DNA from: Callorhinchus milii
Taxonomy: Eukaryota
Direction: 5' to 3'
Assembly (NCBI RefSeq): GCF_018977255.1
Contig: NW_024704743.1
Location: forward strand, 85,500,001 to 85,564,000
DNA length: 64,000 nucleotides
The position numbers were made by a program, and so were the translations under genes. Every line of letters starts with the position of its first letter. Positions within the stretch are counted from its first letter, which is position 1. Under the pieces are notes generated by a model. It did not search any database. It was not told the DNA's origin and worked only from the letters and a program-made list of their open reading frames with translations. Below are positions 60,401-64,000 of this stretch, one piece after another.

Positions 60401-63382
60401 TTTAGTTTCATATTATTCAAAGCAGCTGCCATCATTGCATATTTCTGGTGAATTGTTATGTTCATCAAGGTACTGAATACTATTACTGGAGAATAAAAAT
60501 TGGTTACAAATAAGTTTCTATATTCTGAGACACCCATCAAGCCCACAAGTGGACTAGAATGGTTTATTACTCGCTTGTAATTGTTACTCTTTCCCATTCT
60601 TATCTGATTTTCTTTATGCATTCTAAATACAAAAACAAAATACCAAGTTGGCTTTGAGTTGTAGCTTGCTGTCCAAGGTACACTACGTCCACAAAGAAAT
60701 CCTGGTGCCATGTTGCCTTGTCCAGTGCAATTCTGTGCAGTAGAAAATTGCTTCCAGTAGGATATTTGGATTCCACAAGATCAAGCAGATTGATGCAAGT
60801 GTGAGACCACCTTGTAGTGAGAATAACAAAAGTTACAAAAGGATGTATACTACCAAGTACAAGCATGTCCTAATATGCATAATACATCGACCTACCACAA
60901 ACATAAAGTATCTAAACTTTTTTTTAAATTCTGTCTCTGTCTGTTTTTGTCCTTGCCCTCCTCCCTGCATCCACTAAGTGTTGATATCAACACTCAGCAC
61001 AATATCTACTCTATCTCAGTCTTTTGCTTTAACATGATGGAAATAATTAACTCGCTCAGTCTTCCCTTCATTTTAATTCATCTCTTACTGGTTGACTCTA
61101 CATTAGGCCTTTCACCTTGATTTCTCAATATTGAAAAGGTGTAGGTTATACATAATCCATCCAATAATTTCTCACTGTGACATTTTGCTCACAGTGACAG
61201 AGTTGTTTCCCAGGCTTGAGCCCTCCCCACTCCAAGATAAATAGCAGAATGTCAATTGAGGAGTTTTTCAGTACAAGGGGACACGGAGATAAAAAGATGA
61301 GAATATTCCTTAATCAAGTTACAATTTCTTAAAATTGTAGCACAAAAGACCCAGCCAAGAGTCCTTCTCCTGGCTATGGCTGGGAAGTGCATGTGCGTGA
61401 TACAAAGTGAGGACAGAGTCAGGCTTAGCCAGAGGCTGCTCAAGACAATCTGACACGCTAGACAATAACAACAAAAAATTACATTTGTATAGCGCCTTTC
61501 GTGTTGGGAAGACATCCCAAAATGCTGGACAGACAGGGATTTGGACCCGAGCTGGGGGTTGGGATCAGGAGGGGTAGAGGGCAAGGAGGATATGGGTAGA
61601 AGGGTGACCTAAGACATGGTCGAAGAGGAGGATCTTCTCCAAACTCTGCACAATCTAAAATTTTAAGACAACGACTTTCAAGTTAAGATCAGGAGACATT
61701 TTGGGTCTCAGGCATCTTCGAGCATCAGTTGAGTGAGCTAAGTTCTACCTTTACCAAACAATACTTTTATTGTTTTACCATAAATGTTATAAAACTCATT
61801 GCTTCAGGGATTTTCTCATTCTTTAAAATATTCAGGGTAACAATTTATAACTTAAAACACAGAGGCCAGAAACAAATGCATAAAAATGATTGAATGGTTA
61901 GTGAATTTCGTATTTAAAAATAAATAAATTCAACTTAAAAATAATGTTGAAAGATCAATACTTACTTTTCCCCTTGAGAAAAAGGGTAGCTGAAGGTGAT
62001 TTGGGTGTTATACTGCAAAGTTTGTTGTTGATAACTCAAATGAAGACGAAGTTGATTCAGCAAAAAGCCTTTGTATGCAAAACAAAGCTGAACAAGTGGT
62101 TTAAAAGTGTTAACATTTTGCTGATTTAGTTGCTGGGACTTAATGGGGTAAAGAATCTGATAGGTGCTGTGATCATTATTAGCATTAATATTTATCACTC
62201 AAAACAAGTCTTTATGTGTCATCTGGTTTGAAATATGGATACCTACTGAACCCCCCACAGGCCAGATTTCAGCACAATGCTTTGGCCCGAAACTGGCCAA
62301 ATTACCATTGTTGCCACTGTTGCATTTTAATGCTCAAATGGACAACTGGCCTTACTCTGAGTTTGCCCCAAGAATTGATGCTGTAATGTAAGCCAGAAGG
62401 AAGACAGCAGAACAAGAAAACATAGGTTTAGGTTTGCAAATGACAATTTCATGACATATACCAGGACTTATCTCTTTACCTGAAAGTTAATTAATGACTG
62501 GAATAATTTACTGAGAAGGGTGTTTGAGGCCAGGACATTAGGCTCATTTAAAAAACAGTTTGATAATGTGATGTGAGGATGGTAGTATGCGTATTCCAAA
62601 TGGCCTTCTTTATCTGAACTGATCTTATTATCTTATAAACAGTGGCAACGGTTGGAAACTTTAGGTAGGCCAGAGCCAAATTATTCAAAACCAGTCAATA
62701 ATCAAAGATTGTTCAGAATCCCAATTTTTGTCAATGTTATAATTATCACCTGTGATATTCATCATATCACATGTCACACTTTTCCACTTCAATATCTCCT
62801 AAAAATAATTTACAGAGAATTTGAAGTTCATAGGTAAACACAATTTTACATAATGAATAATATTCATTTTAGATATTCACATAAGAGTGAATAATAAGTT
62901 TTCAATTCAATCAGGGAGTTTAGATCAGACAAGTAATGTTTACAAAATAGTCAATTTGACAGCTTAATAAGTTACAAAATTGTATTTATTTTTAAAATAT
63001 AAGTTTTAAATTATTGTAGTTTTTNCTTCATTATTTCTTAACTGGATTTCTGAATAAGGAATTTGAGTCATGCAAACGGAGGACTTTGTCCGGGAATTGG
63101 AAGTAGATGACATTTACTGGAGGAACTCTGTTCCAATGTGATCTATTTCATGGAGTTTATGGGATTCCTTCTTATGGGATTCCTTATTAAGGGAAACAGC
63201 ACTAAATGGAAACTATGGGGTAAAGTTTGCAGCATTTCAAAAGACTATTTTATTCTCACCTGCTTGTACTTTGTCAAAGGAATGAATTCATCTTCTGATA
63301 TAAACAAGTAGTTTGGATTTATAAGACAATATCGTCCACAAAAGGCATCTGTCTCAATGGTCACCTTGCCTTGACTGGTAAA
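338..63382 (-). CDS. PKHD1L1: Fibrocystin-L (PKHD1-like 1), partial: 52 internal coding exons joined (9,426 nt, 3,142 aa); both ends lie outside the window
   Basis: Hand-spliced exons with GT-AG ends and consistent phases give one open frame. It contains IPT/TIG repeats, two G8 domains and PbH1 regions, with hallmark peptides [40 protein letters not shown] and [13 protein letters not shown]. Confidence 0.97.
586..882 (-). mobile_element. Deu-domain SINE, head type B (SacSINE1/AmnSINE1-like body)
   Basis: SINE tail and Deu core, then ggtttaatgtctcatctga...ctaccaactgag. Confidence 0.78.
1041..1208 (-). CDS. PKHD1L1: PKHD1L1 exon w51
   Basis: cag|GG...G|gtacg; [19 protein letters not shown]...DGYIDLING. 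Confidence 0.93.
2488..2720 (-). CDS. PKHD1L1: PKHD1L1 exon w50
   Basis: cag|G...G|gttag; [17 protein letters not shown]...QIAPHQG. Confidence 0.94.
3085..3400 (-). mobile_element. Degraded CR1 LINE 3' fragment
   Basis: tctgcctcaaccatgtcccagataggccattccatatcctgacaa resembles reversed CR1 3' end. Confidence 0.6.
3490..3600 (+). mobile_element. Deu-domain SINE 3' fragment
   Basis: cagtcaattcagtttac...gctatataaatgcaaaggattattattat. Confidence 0.78.
3659..3824 (-). CDS. PKHD1L1: PKHD1L1 exon w49
   Basis: aag|AT...AA|gtaag; [31 protein letters not shown]...IHRPNL. Confidence 0.92.
4475..4591 (-). CDS. PKHD1L1: PKHD1L1 exon w48
   Basis: aag|GG...A|gtaag; [39 protein letters not shown]. Confidence 0.92.
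4678..4786 (-). CDS. PKHD1L1: PKHD1L1 exon w47
   Basis: aag|AGT...G|gtaag; [36 protein letters not shown]. Confidence 0.9.
5070..5412 (-). mobile_element. Deu-domain SINE, head type B
   Basis: Minus head GCTTGGCTCAGTTGGTAGAACTCTC (tRNA A box); body catctgaaggacaacacc. Confidence 0.8.
5545..5667 (-). CDS. PKHD1L1: PKHD1L1 exon w46
   Basis: cag|ACT...AAT|gtaag; [41 protein letters not shown]. Confidence 0.92.
5700..6080 (+). mobile_element. L2 LINE 3' fragment
   Basis: [25 protein letters not shown]...[12 protein letters not shown]; (TTG)n tail. Confidence 0.88.
6620..7165 (+). mobile_element. Degraded L2 LINE 3' fragment
   Basis: Similar to the other L2 copies (ctccacggccttgccccaccctacctctgtga); ttgttgttg tail. 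Confidence 0.8.
7419..7567 (-). CDS. PKHD1L1: PKHD1L1 exon w45 (PbH1 region)
   Basis: aag|GT...CAG|gtaaa; [27 protein letters not shown]...WDYGIYFQ. Confidence 0.93.
7575..7952 (+). mobile_element. L2 LINE 3' fragment
   Basis: [16 protein letters not shown] translation; tail gatgtgaaag...aaatgcaatttgttgttgttg. Confidence 0.82.
8728..8818 (-). CDS. PKHD1L1: PKHD1L1 exon w44 (PbH1 region)
   Basis: aag|GTA...G|gtatg; [30 protein letters not shown]. Confidence 0.92.
8880..9365 (+). mobile_element. L2 LINE fragment; its 3' part appears to continue at about 9895-10052
   Basis: ISRLDY...LHWLP...[26 protein letters not shown]2 ORF2 motifs. Confidence 0.85.
9366..9592 (-). mobile_element. L2 LINE 3' fragment inserted antisense into another L2
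   Basis: Reverse L2 tail acaacaaaa...gcctttcacatcgggaggacatcccaag. Confidence 0.82.
10231..10328 (-). CDS. PKHD1L1: PKHD1L1 exon w43 (PbH1 region)
   Basis: tag|GT...GAG|gtact; [33 protein letters not shown]. Confidence 0.9.
10830..11165 (-). mobile_element. Deu-domain SINE, head type B (degraded)
   Basis: cggtttaatgtctcatttgaaggacagcatctctgacaatg. Confidence 0.75.
11310..11439 (-). CDS. PKHD1L1: PKHD1L1 exon w42 (PbH1 region)
   Basis: cag|ATT...G|gtaat; [43 protein letters not shown]. Confidence 0.93.
11600..11703 (-). CDS. PKHD1L1: PKHD1L1 exon w41
   Basis: tag|GC...CAG|gtttg; [35 protein letters not shown]. Confidence 0.92.
12180..12400 (-). mobile_element. L2 LINE 3' fragment
   Basis: (CAA)n followed by atatagcacccttcacgtgaagggaatgtcccaagg. 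Confidence 0.78.
12490..12757 (+). mobile_element. L2 LINE 3' fragment (second tail subtype)
   Basis: [18 protein letters not shown]; tail gttaagcgctctg...ctatataagtgcaagttgttg. Confidence 0.83.
13890..14250 (-). mobile_element. Degraded CR1 LINE 3' fragment
   Basis: ccacccttcctggtaacctgttccagtcattgattaccct resembles reversed CR1 ORF2 C-terminus. Confidence 0.62.
14947..15120 (-). CDS. PKHD1L1: PKHD1L1 exon w40
   Basis: aag|CA...G|gtatt; [27 protein letters not shown]...FGARVLV...KYK. Confidence 0.93.
16073..16202 (-). CDS. PKHD1L1: PKHD1L1 exon w39
   Basis: cag|GAT...T|gtaag; [43 protein letters not shown]. Confidence 0.92.
17117..17235 (-). CDS. PKHD1L1: PKHD1L1 exon w38 (end of second G8 domain)
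   Basis: tag|GT...CAG|gtaag; [40 protein letters not shown]. Confidence 0.93.
17472..17601 (-). CDS. PKHD1L1: PKHD1L1 exon w37 (second G8 domain)
   Basis: cag|GGA...G|gtgag; [43 protein letters not shown]. Confidence 0.93.
18630..18787 (-). CDS. PKHD1L1: PKHD1L1 exon w36 (second G8 domain)
   Basis: cag|GA...CAG|gtaac; [24 protein letters not shown]...[11 protein letters not shown]. Confidence 0.93.
20465..20790 (-). mobile_element. Deu-domain SINE, head type A, near full length
   Basis: Colinear with 37746-38130 (taggtaaacagaggcatgtggagtaagg). Confidence 0.83.
20896..20984 (-). CDS. PKHD1L1: PKHD1L1 exon w35 (start of second G8 domain)
   Basis: tag|C...G|gtaat; [29 protein letters not shown]. 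Confidence 0.92.
21460..21905 (-). mobile_element. Two adjacent 5'-truncated Deu-domain SINE copies (about 21460-21668 and 21735-21905)
   Basis: Each has the SINE tail and Deu core. Confidence 0.8.
22412..22577 (-). CDS. PKHD1L1: PKHD1L1 exon w34
   Basis: cag|TT...GA|gtaag; [55 protein letters not shown]. Confidence 0.9.
23648..23807 (-). CDS. PKHD1L1: PKHD1L1 exon w33
   Basis: tag|GAA...G|gtgag; [20 protein letters not shown]...[16 protein letters not shown]. Confidence 0.93.
24499..24650 (-). CDS. PKHD1L1: PKHD1L1 exon w32
   Basis: aag|GC...AAG|gtaca; [23 protein letters not shown]...[11 protein letters not shown]. Confidence 0.92.
24925..25210 (+). mobile_element. L2 LINE 3' fragment (second tail subtype)
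   Basis: [30 protein letters not shown]...FKSRLKT; (TTG)n tail. Confidence 0.85.
26329..26520 (-). CDS. PKHD1L1: PKHD1L1 exon w31
   Basis: cag|GT...G|gtagg; [19 protein letters not shown]...FHRLAFNN...LAGSY. Confidence 0.93.
27094..28123 (-). CDS. PKHD1L1: PKHD1L1 exon w30 (1,030-nt exon; PbH1 beta-helix)
   Basis: cag|ATG...G|gtcag; [18 protein letters not shown]...[17 protein letters not shown]; this is the core of the 500-aa ORF in the track. Confidence 0.96.
28327..28463 (-). CDS. PKHD1L1: PKHD1L1 exon w29
   Basis: tag|GC...GAG|gtaaa; [31 protein letters not shown]...RIEYVE. Confidence 0.94.
28618..28828 (-). mobile_element. 5'-truncated Deu-domain SINE
   Basis: (AAT)n ccttgcatttgatatagcg...gcagccaattgcgcacagc. 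Confidence 0.87.
29483..29724 (-). CDS. PKHD1L1: PKHD1L1 exon w28
   Basis: tag|A...G|gtaag; [18 protein letters not shown]...[16 protein letters not shown]...ACPDGFNM. Confidence 0.94.
30160..30520 (-). mobile_element. Deu-domain SINE, head type B (degraded)
   Basis: tttaacatcttatctgaag...ttgaacccacaatcttctg. Confidence 0.72.
30816..30945 (-). CDS. PKHD1L1: PKHD1L1 exon w27
   Basis: cag|GT...AG|gtagg; [43 protein letters not shown]. Confidence 0.93.
31036..31402 (-). mobile_element. Deu-domain SINE, head type B (degraded)
   Basis: catctcacctgaaggacagcatctctgacagtgcagcact...gaacccacaaccttctga. Confidence 0.75.
31800..31929 (-). CDS. PKHD1L1: PKHD1L1 exon w26 (first G8 domain)
   Basis: tag|ATT...G|gtaag; [43 protein letters not shown]. 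Confidence 0.94.
31979..32170 (-). mobile_element. 5'-truncated Deu-domain SINE
   Basis: aataataataatccttgaatttgatatagc...agccaattgtgcacagc. Confidence 0.85.
32180..32270 (+). mobile_element. Deu-domain SINE 3' tail fragment
   Basis: ttctgtgaaggacttagagac...caaatgcaaggttattatt. Confidence 0.7.
33076..33155 (-). CDS. PKHD1L1: PKHD1L1 exon w25 (first G8 domain)
   Basis: cag|GT...CAG|gtata; [27 protein letters not shown]. Confidence 0.93.
34349..34505 (-). CDS. PKHD1L1: PKHD1L1 exon w24 (start of first G8 domain)
   Basis: cag|GAC...G|gtaac; [23 protein letters not shown]...[10 protein letters not shown]. Confidence 0.94.
35256..35412 (-). CDS. PKHD1L1: PKHD1L1 exon w23 (IPT/TIG)
   Basis: cag|C...CAG|gtaag; [36 protein letters not shown]...YGVARQ. 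Confidence 0.92.
35525..35840 (-). mobile_element. L2 LINE fragment (internally deleted)
   Basis: [10 protein letters not shown]...[24 protein letters not shown]2 motifs. Confidence 0.78.
36070..36293 (+). mobile_element. L2 3' end with an antisense SINE tail inserted in its (TTG)n tail
   Basis: gctatataagtgcaagttgttgtt|ataataat...gcgctt|gttgttattgttg. Confidence 0.82.
36445..36619 (-). CDS. PKHD1L1: PKHD1L1 exon w22 (IPT/TIG)
   Basis: tag|GT...AG|gtaac; [12 protein letters not shown]...[27 protein letters not shown]. Confidence 0.93.
37213..37362 (-). CDS. PKHD1L1: PKHD1L1 exon w21 (IPT/TIG)
   Basis: tag|GT...G|gtaag; [30 protein letters not shown]...LHCILPPSK. Confidence 0.93.
37746..38130 (-). 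mobile_element. Full-length tRNA-derived Deu-domain SINE (head type A)
   Basis: Minus strand: head GACTCCTGTAGCTTTGTGGTTAGAGC (A box)...GGTTCGATTTCC (B box); Deu-like core GGACATTGCTGTATGCAATTGGCTGCC; L2-like tail ending (ATT)n. Confidence 0.9.
38689..38937 (-). CDS. PKHD1L1: PKHD1L1 exon w20 (IPT/TIG)
   Basis: tag|GT...G|gttag; [30 protein letters not shown]...[14 protein letters not shown]. Confidence 0.93.
39507..40494 (-). CDS. PKHD1L1: PKHD1L1 exon w19 (988-nt exon; several IPT/TIG repeats)
   Basis: tag|GTG...G|gtgag; matches the 331-aa [13 protein letters not shown]...[11 protein letters not shown]. Confidence 0.96.
41246..41475 (-). CDS. PKHD1L1: PKHD1L1 exon w18
   Basis: aag|GG...GAG|gtaaa; GQMEELL...[40 protein letters not shown]. 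Confidence 0.88.
42576..44520 (-). mobile_element. 5'-truncated CR1 LINE (3' part of ORF2 with RT domain, plus 3' UTR), interrupted by an L2 at about 43124-43568
   Basis: 335-aa ORF with RT motifs [38 protein letters not shown] and KFADDTK; the frame resumes after the insert (QFWSPYLK...LGLYSLE); (TTCTTATG)n 3' tail at about 42576-42600. Confidence 0.95.
43124..43568 (-). mobile_element. L2 LINE 3' fragment nested in the CR1
   Basis: (TTG)n tail with GGGATGTCCTCCCGACGTGAAAGGCGCT; L2 ORF2 C-terminal-like translation ([12 protein letters not shown]...GGRPSA); similar to copies at 46646, 55030 and 61465. Confidence 0.9.
44598..44768 (-). CDS. PKHD1L1: PKHD1L1 exon w17 (cupredoxin-like domain)
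   Basis: tag|GA...G|gtaag; [34 protein letters not shown]...AEYET. Confidence 0.93.
44846..44890. repeat. Tandem duplication with a 24-bp period
   Basis: tacaaatgtactgctgaatta occurs twice. Confidence 0.9.
45025..45213 (-). CDS. PKHD1L1: PKHD1L1 exon w16 (cupredoxin-like domain)
   Basis: cag|AC...G|gttgc; [27 protein letters not shown]...[12 protein letters not shown]. Confidence 0.91.
45575..45679 (-). CDS. PKHD1L1: PKHD1L1 exon w15 (IPT/TIG)
   Basis: cag|GT...T|gtagg; [35 protein letters not shown]. Confidence 0.9.
45726..45946 (-). mobile_element. Deu-domain SINE (type A) truncated at 45946
   Basis: Colinear with the 37746 copy up to ggaaaagcgatccgcc. Confidence 0.85.
46646..47030 (-). 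mobile_element. L2 LINE 3' fragment
   Basis: [10 protein letters not shown]...[18 protein letters not shown]...[10 protein letters not shown]; (CAA)n tail. Confidence 0.9.
47050..47085. repeat. (GA)n microsatellite
   Basis: gagaaagagagagggagagagagagagagaga. Confidence 0.85.
47255..47397 (-). CDS. PKHD1L1: PKHD1L1 exon w14 (IPT/TIG)
   Basis: tag|TAG (tandem acceptor)...G|gtaag; [38 protein letters not shown]...ILF. Confidence 0.91.
48078..48267 (-). CDS. PKHD1L1: PKHD1L1 exon w13 (IPT/TIG)
   Basis: tag|GC...AG|gtaca; [43 protein letters not shown]...AFANV. Confidence 0.92.
48958..49090 (-). CDS. PKHD1L1: PKHD1L1 exon w12 (IPT/TIG)
   Basis: cag|GCA...G|gtacg; [44 protein letters not shown]. 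Confidence 0.92.
49236..49480 (+). mobile_element. Deu-domain SINE fragment
   Basis: tttgtgggatattgctctgtgcaaattggc...tatatcaaatgcaaggagtattattatt. Confidence 0.78.
49655..49776 (-). CDS. PKHD1L1: PKHD1L1 exon w11 (IPT/TIG)
   Basis: aag|GA...TCG|gtgag; [41 protein letters not shown]. Confidence 0.91.
50365..50529 (-). CDS. PKHD1L1: PKHD1L1 exon w10 (IPT/TIG)
   Basis: cag|AC...G|gtgag; [21 protein letters not shown]...[10 protein letters not shown]. Confidence 0.92.
51372..51432. repeat. Tandem duplication with a 32-bp period, next to a donor site
   Basis: attctccctc(a/t)ctgagttcagagcattta occurs twice. Confidence 0.9.
51438..51557 (-). CDS. PKHD1L1: PKHD1L1 exon w9 (IPT/TIG)
   Basis: tag|AT...G|gtgag; [39 protein letters not shown]. 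Confidence 0.91.
52191..52296 (-). CDS. PKHD1L1: PKHD1L1 exon w8
   Basis: tag|GTG...G|gtaag; [35 protein letters not shown]. Confidence 0.93.
52441..52551 (+). repeat. Left arm of a 111-bp inverted repeat
   Basis: Reverse complement of 53870-53980 with 3 mismatches. Confidence 0.93.
53870..53980 (-). repeat. Right arm of a 111-bp inverted repeat
   Basis: Reverse complement of 52441-52551 with 3 mismatches. Confidence 0.93.
54300..54545 (+). mobile_element. Degraded CR1 LINE 3' fragment (same subfamily as about 62410-62640)
   Basis: gaacataggtttagatttgcaaa...aagtacttcttta shared with the 62410 copy. Confidence 0.62.
54722..54844 (-). CDS. PKHD1L1: PKHD1L1 exon w7
   Basis: cag|GTT...CAG|gtatg; [41 protein letters not shown]. 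Confidence 0.92.
55030..55565 (-). mobile_element. L2 LINE 3' fragment
   Basis: [18 protein letters not shown]...[10 protein letters not shown]. Confidence 0.87.
56181..56335 (-). CDS. PKHD1L1: PKHD1L1 exon w6
   Basis: tag|AT...CAG|gtgat; [51 protein letters not shown]. Confidence 0.92.
56670..56812 (+). mobile_element. Deu-domain SINE fragment
   Basis: gtttgtggggccttgctgtgtgcaaattggctgccacatttgcctac. Confidence 0.77.
56925..57600 (-). mobile_element. Two tandem Deu-domain SINE type B copies (about 56925-57230 and 57233-57600)
   Basis: Two successive tail-core-body units. Confidence 0.78.
57806..57953 (-). CDS. PKHD1L1: PKHD1L1 exon w5
   Basis: tag|GTT...G|gtata; [49 protein letters not shown]. 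Confidence 0.91.
58860..59240 (+). mobile_element. Degraded CR1 LINE 3' fragment
   Basis: aactagaggccatcaattt...atggaatgccctg...ggtatggggaaaggcag typical of the CR1 3' end. Confidence 0.7.
59877..60049 (-). CDS. PKHD1L1: PKHD1L1 exon w4
   Basis: cag|AT...CAG|gttag; [16 protein letters not shown]...[23 protein letters not shown]. Confidence 0.91.
60644..60810 (-). CDS. PKHD1L1: PKHD1L1 exon w3
   Basis: aag|G...G|gtatt; [16 protein letters not shown]...[18 protein letters not shown]. Confidence 0.91.
61463..61636 (-). mobile_element. L2 LINE 3' UTR fragment
   Basis: acaacaaaaaattacatttgtatagcgcctttcgtgttgggaagacatccc. Confidence 0.82.
61966..62087 (-). CDS. PKHD1L1: PKHD1L1 exon w2
   Basis: cag|CTT...AA|gtaag; [40 protein letters not shown]. 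Confidence 0.91.
63260..63382 (-). CDS. PKHD1L1: PKHD1L1 exon w1 (most 5' exon seen in the window)
   Basis: tag|TTT...CAG|gtgag; [41 protein letters not shown]. Confidence 0.87.
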
Positions 63383-64000
63383 CTACAAGGTTTAAAATAC
63401 AAACAAAATTGGTTTAATTGTTTTACCGTTGTTGTGCCCAACTCACATTCATTATTCAAGCAGTGAAGGAGAAGTATGTAAAAAGCTTTGCATGAATGAA
63501 TTGGAAGGGAATGTCAGATGTTCTGGTAGTGCTACTGCAAATAACACCTCCTAATTTGTGTTGTCGGTCTAAGGACTGTCTGTGTTCAATTGGAGGTTTC
63601 TGTTCTGTTCCTGTTATTATTTCTATTCATTTGTATTTTCTTAATTGTGGGATGAGGTGGACTGAGCATGCATCTCTGAGGTAAAATGACCACTAGAATT
63701 AGGTCTCTCATGTTTACTCCTGCTCTCTGCGGTTTATTTTGGTGTCTGACACATGTGGCATCCCGTCACCATCACCCACACAAGAACTTCAGAGACAAAC
63801 AGTAATTGAAGCAATCTAAAACTGGACCGAACCCTCACAAACAGCACCATCCCCCAGACTGATTTACTATTTCAGAGCACACTCCATCTGAAAGTGACTA
63901 GTGAAGGCATTTACGTGTGTCCTTTGGTGCCCACAGACTAACTGGTCATTGAGGGAGTGGAATCCCTTCCTGCTCAGCAATGTCATTGTGTTGTCGAATG

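Overview
Vertebrate genomic DNA, very probably from a cartilaginous fish such as a chimaera or elephant shark. That assignment is inferred from the repeat content: tRNA-headed Deu-domain SINEs, L2 LINEs with (TTG)n tails and CR1 LINEs. The whole window lies inside one minus-strand gene, PKHD1L1 (fibrocystin-L). I traced 52 internal coding exons by hand, from 63382 down to 338. All have GT-AG boundaries with matching phases and join into one 9,426-nt (3,142-codon) open frame covering IPT/TIG repeats, a cupredoxin-like domain, two G8 domains and PbH1 beta-helix regions. The gene's 5' and 3' ends lie outside the window. The introns are dense with SINE, L2 and CR1 fragments, and most short ORFs in the supplied track are artefacts of these. 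I found no prokaryote-type system such as a CRISPR array or operon. The best leads are: a 97%-identical 111-bp inverted repeat enclosing a fold-back sequence in one intron; a candidate 33-nt poison exon; an E-to-Q change in the conserved FFxEDGxE motif; a strong sense-orientation bias of the Deu-SINEs; an L2 nested in a young CR1 with a target-site deletion; and an unclassified TG-initiated LTR-like insert. Comparisons to human PKHD1L1 and to named repeat families are from memory, not from a database search. Repeat boundaries are approximate.
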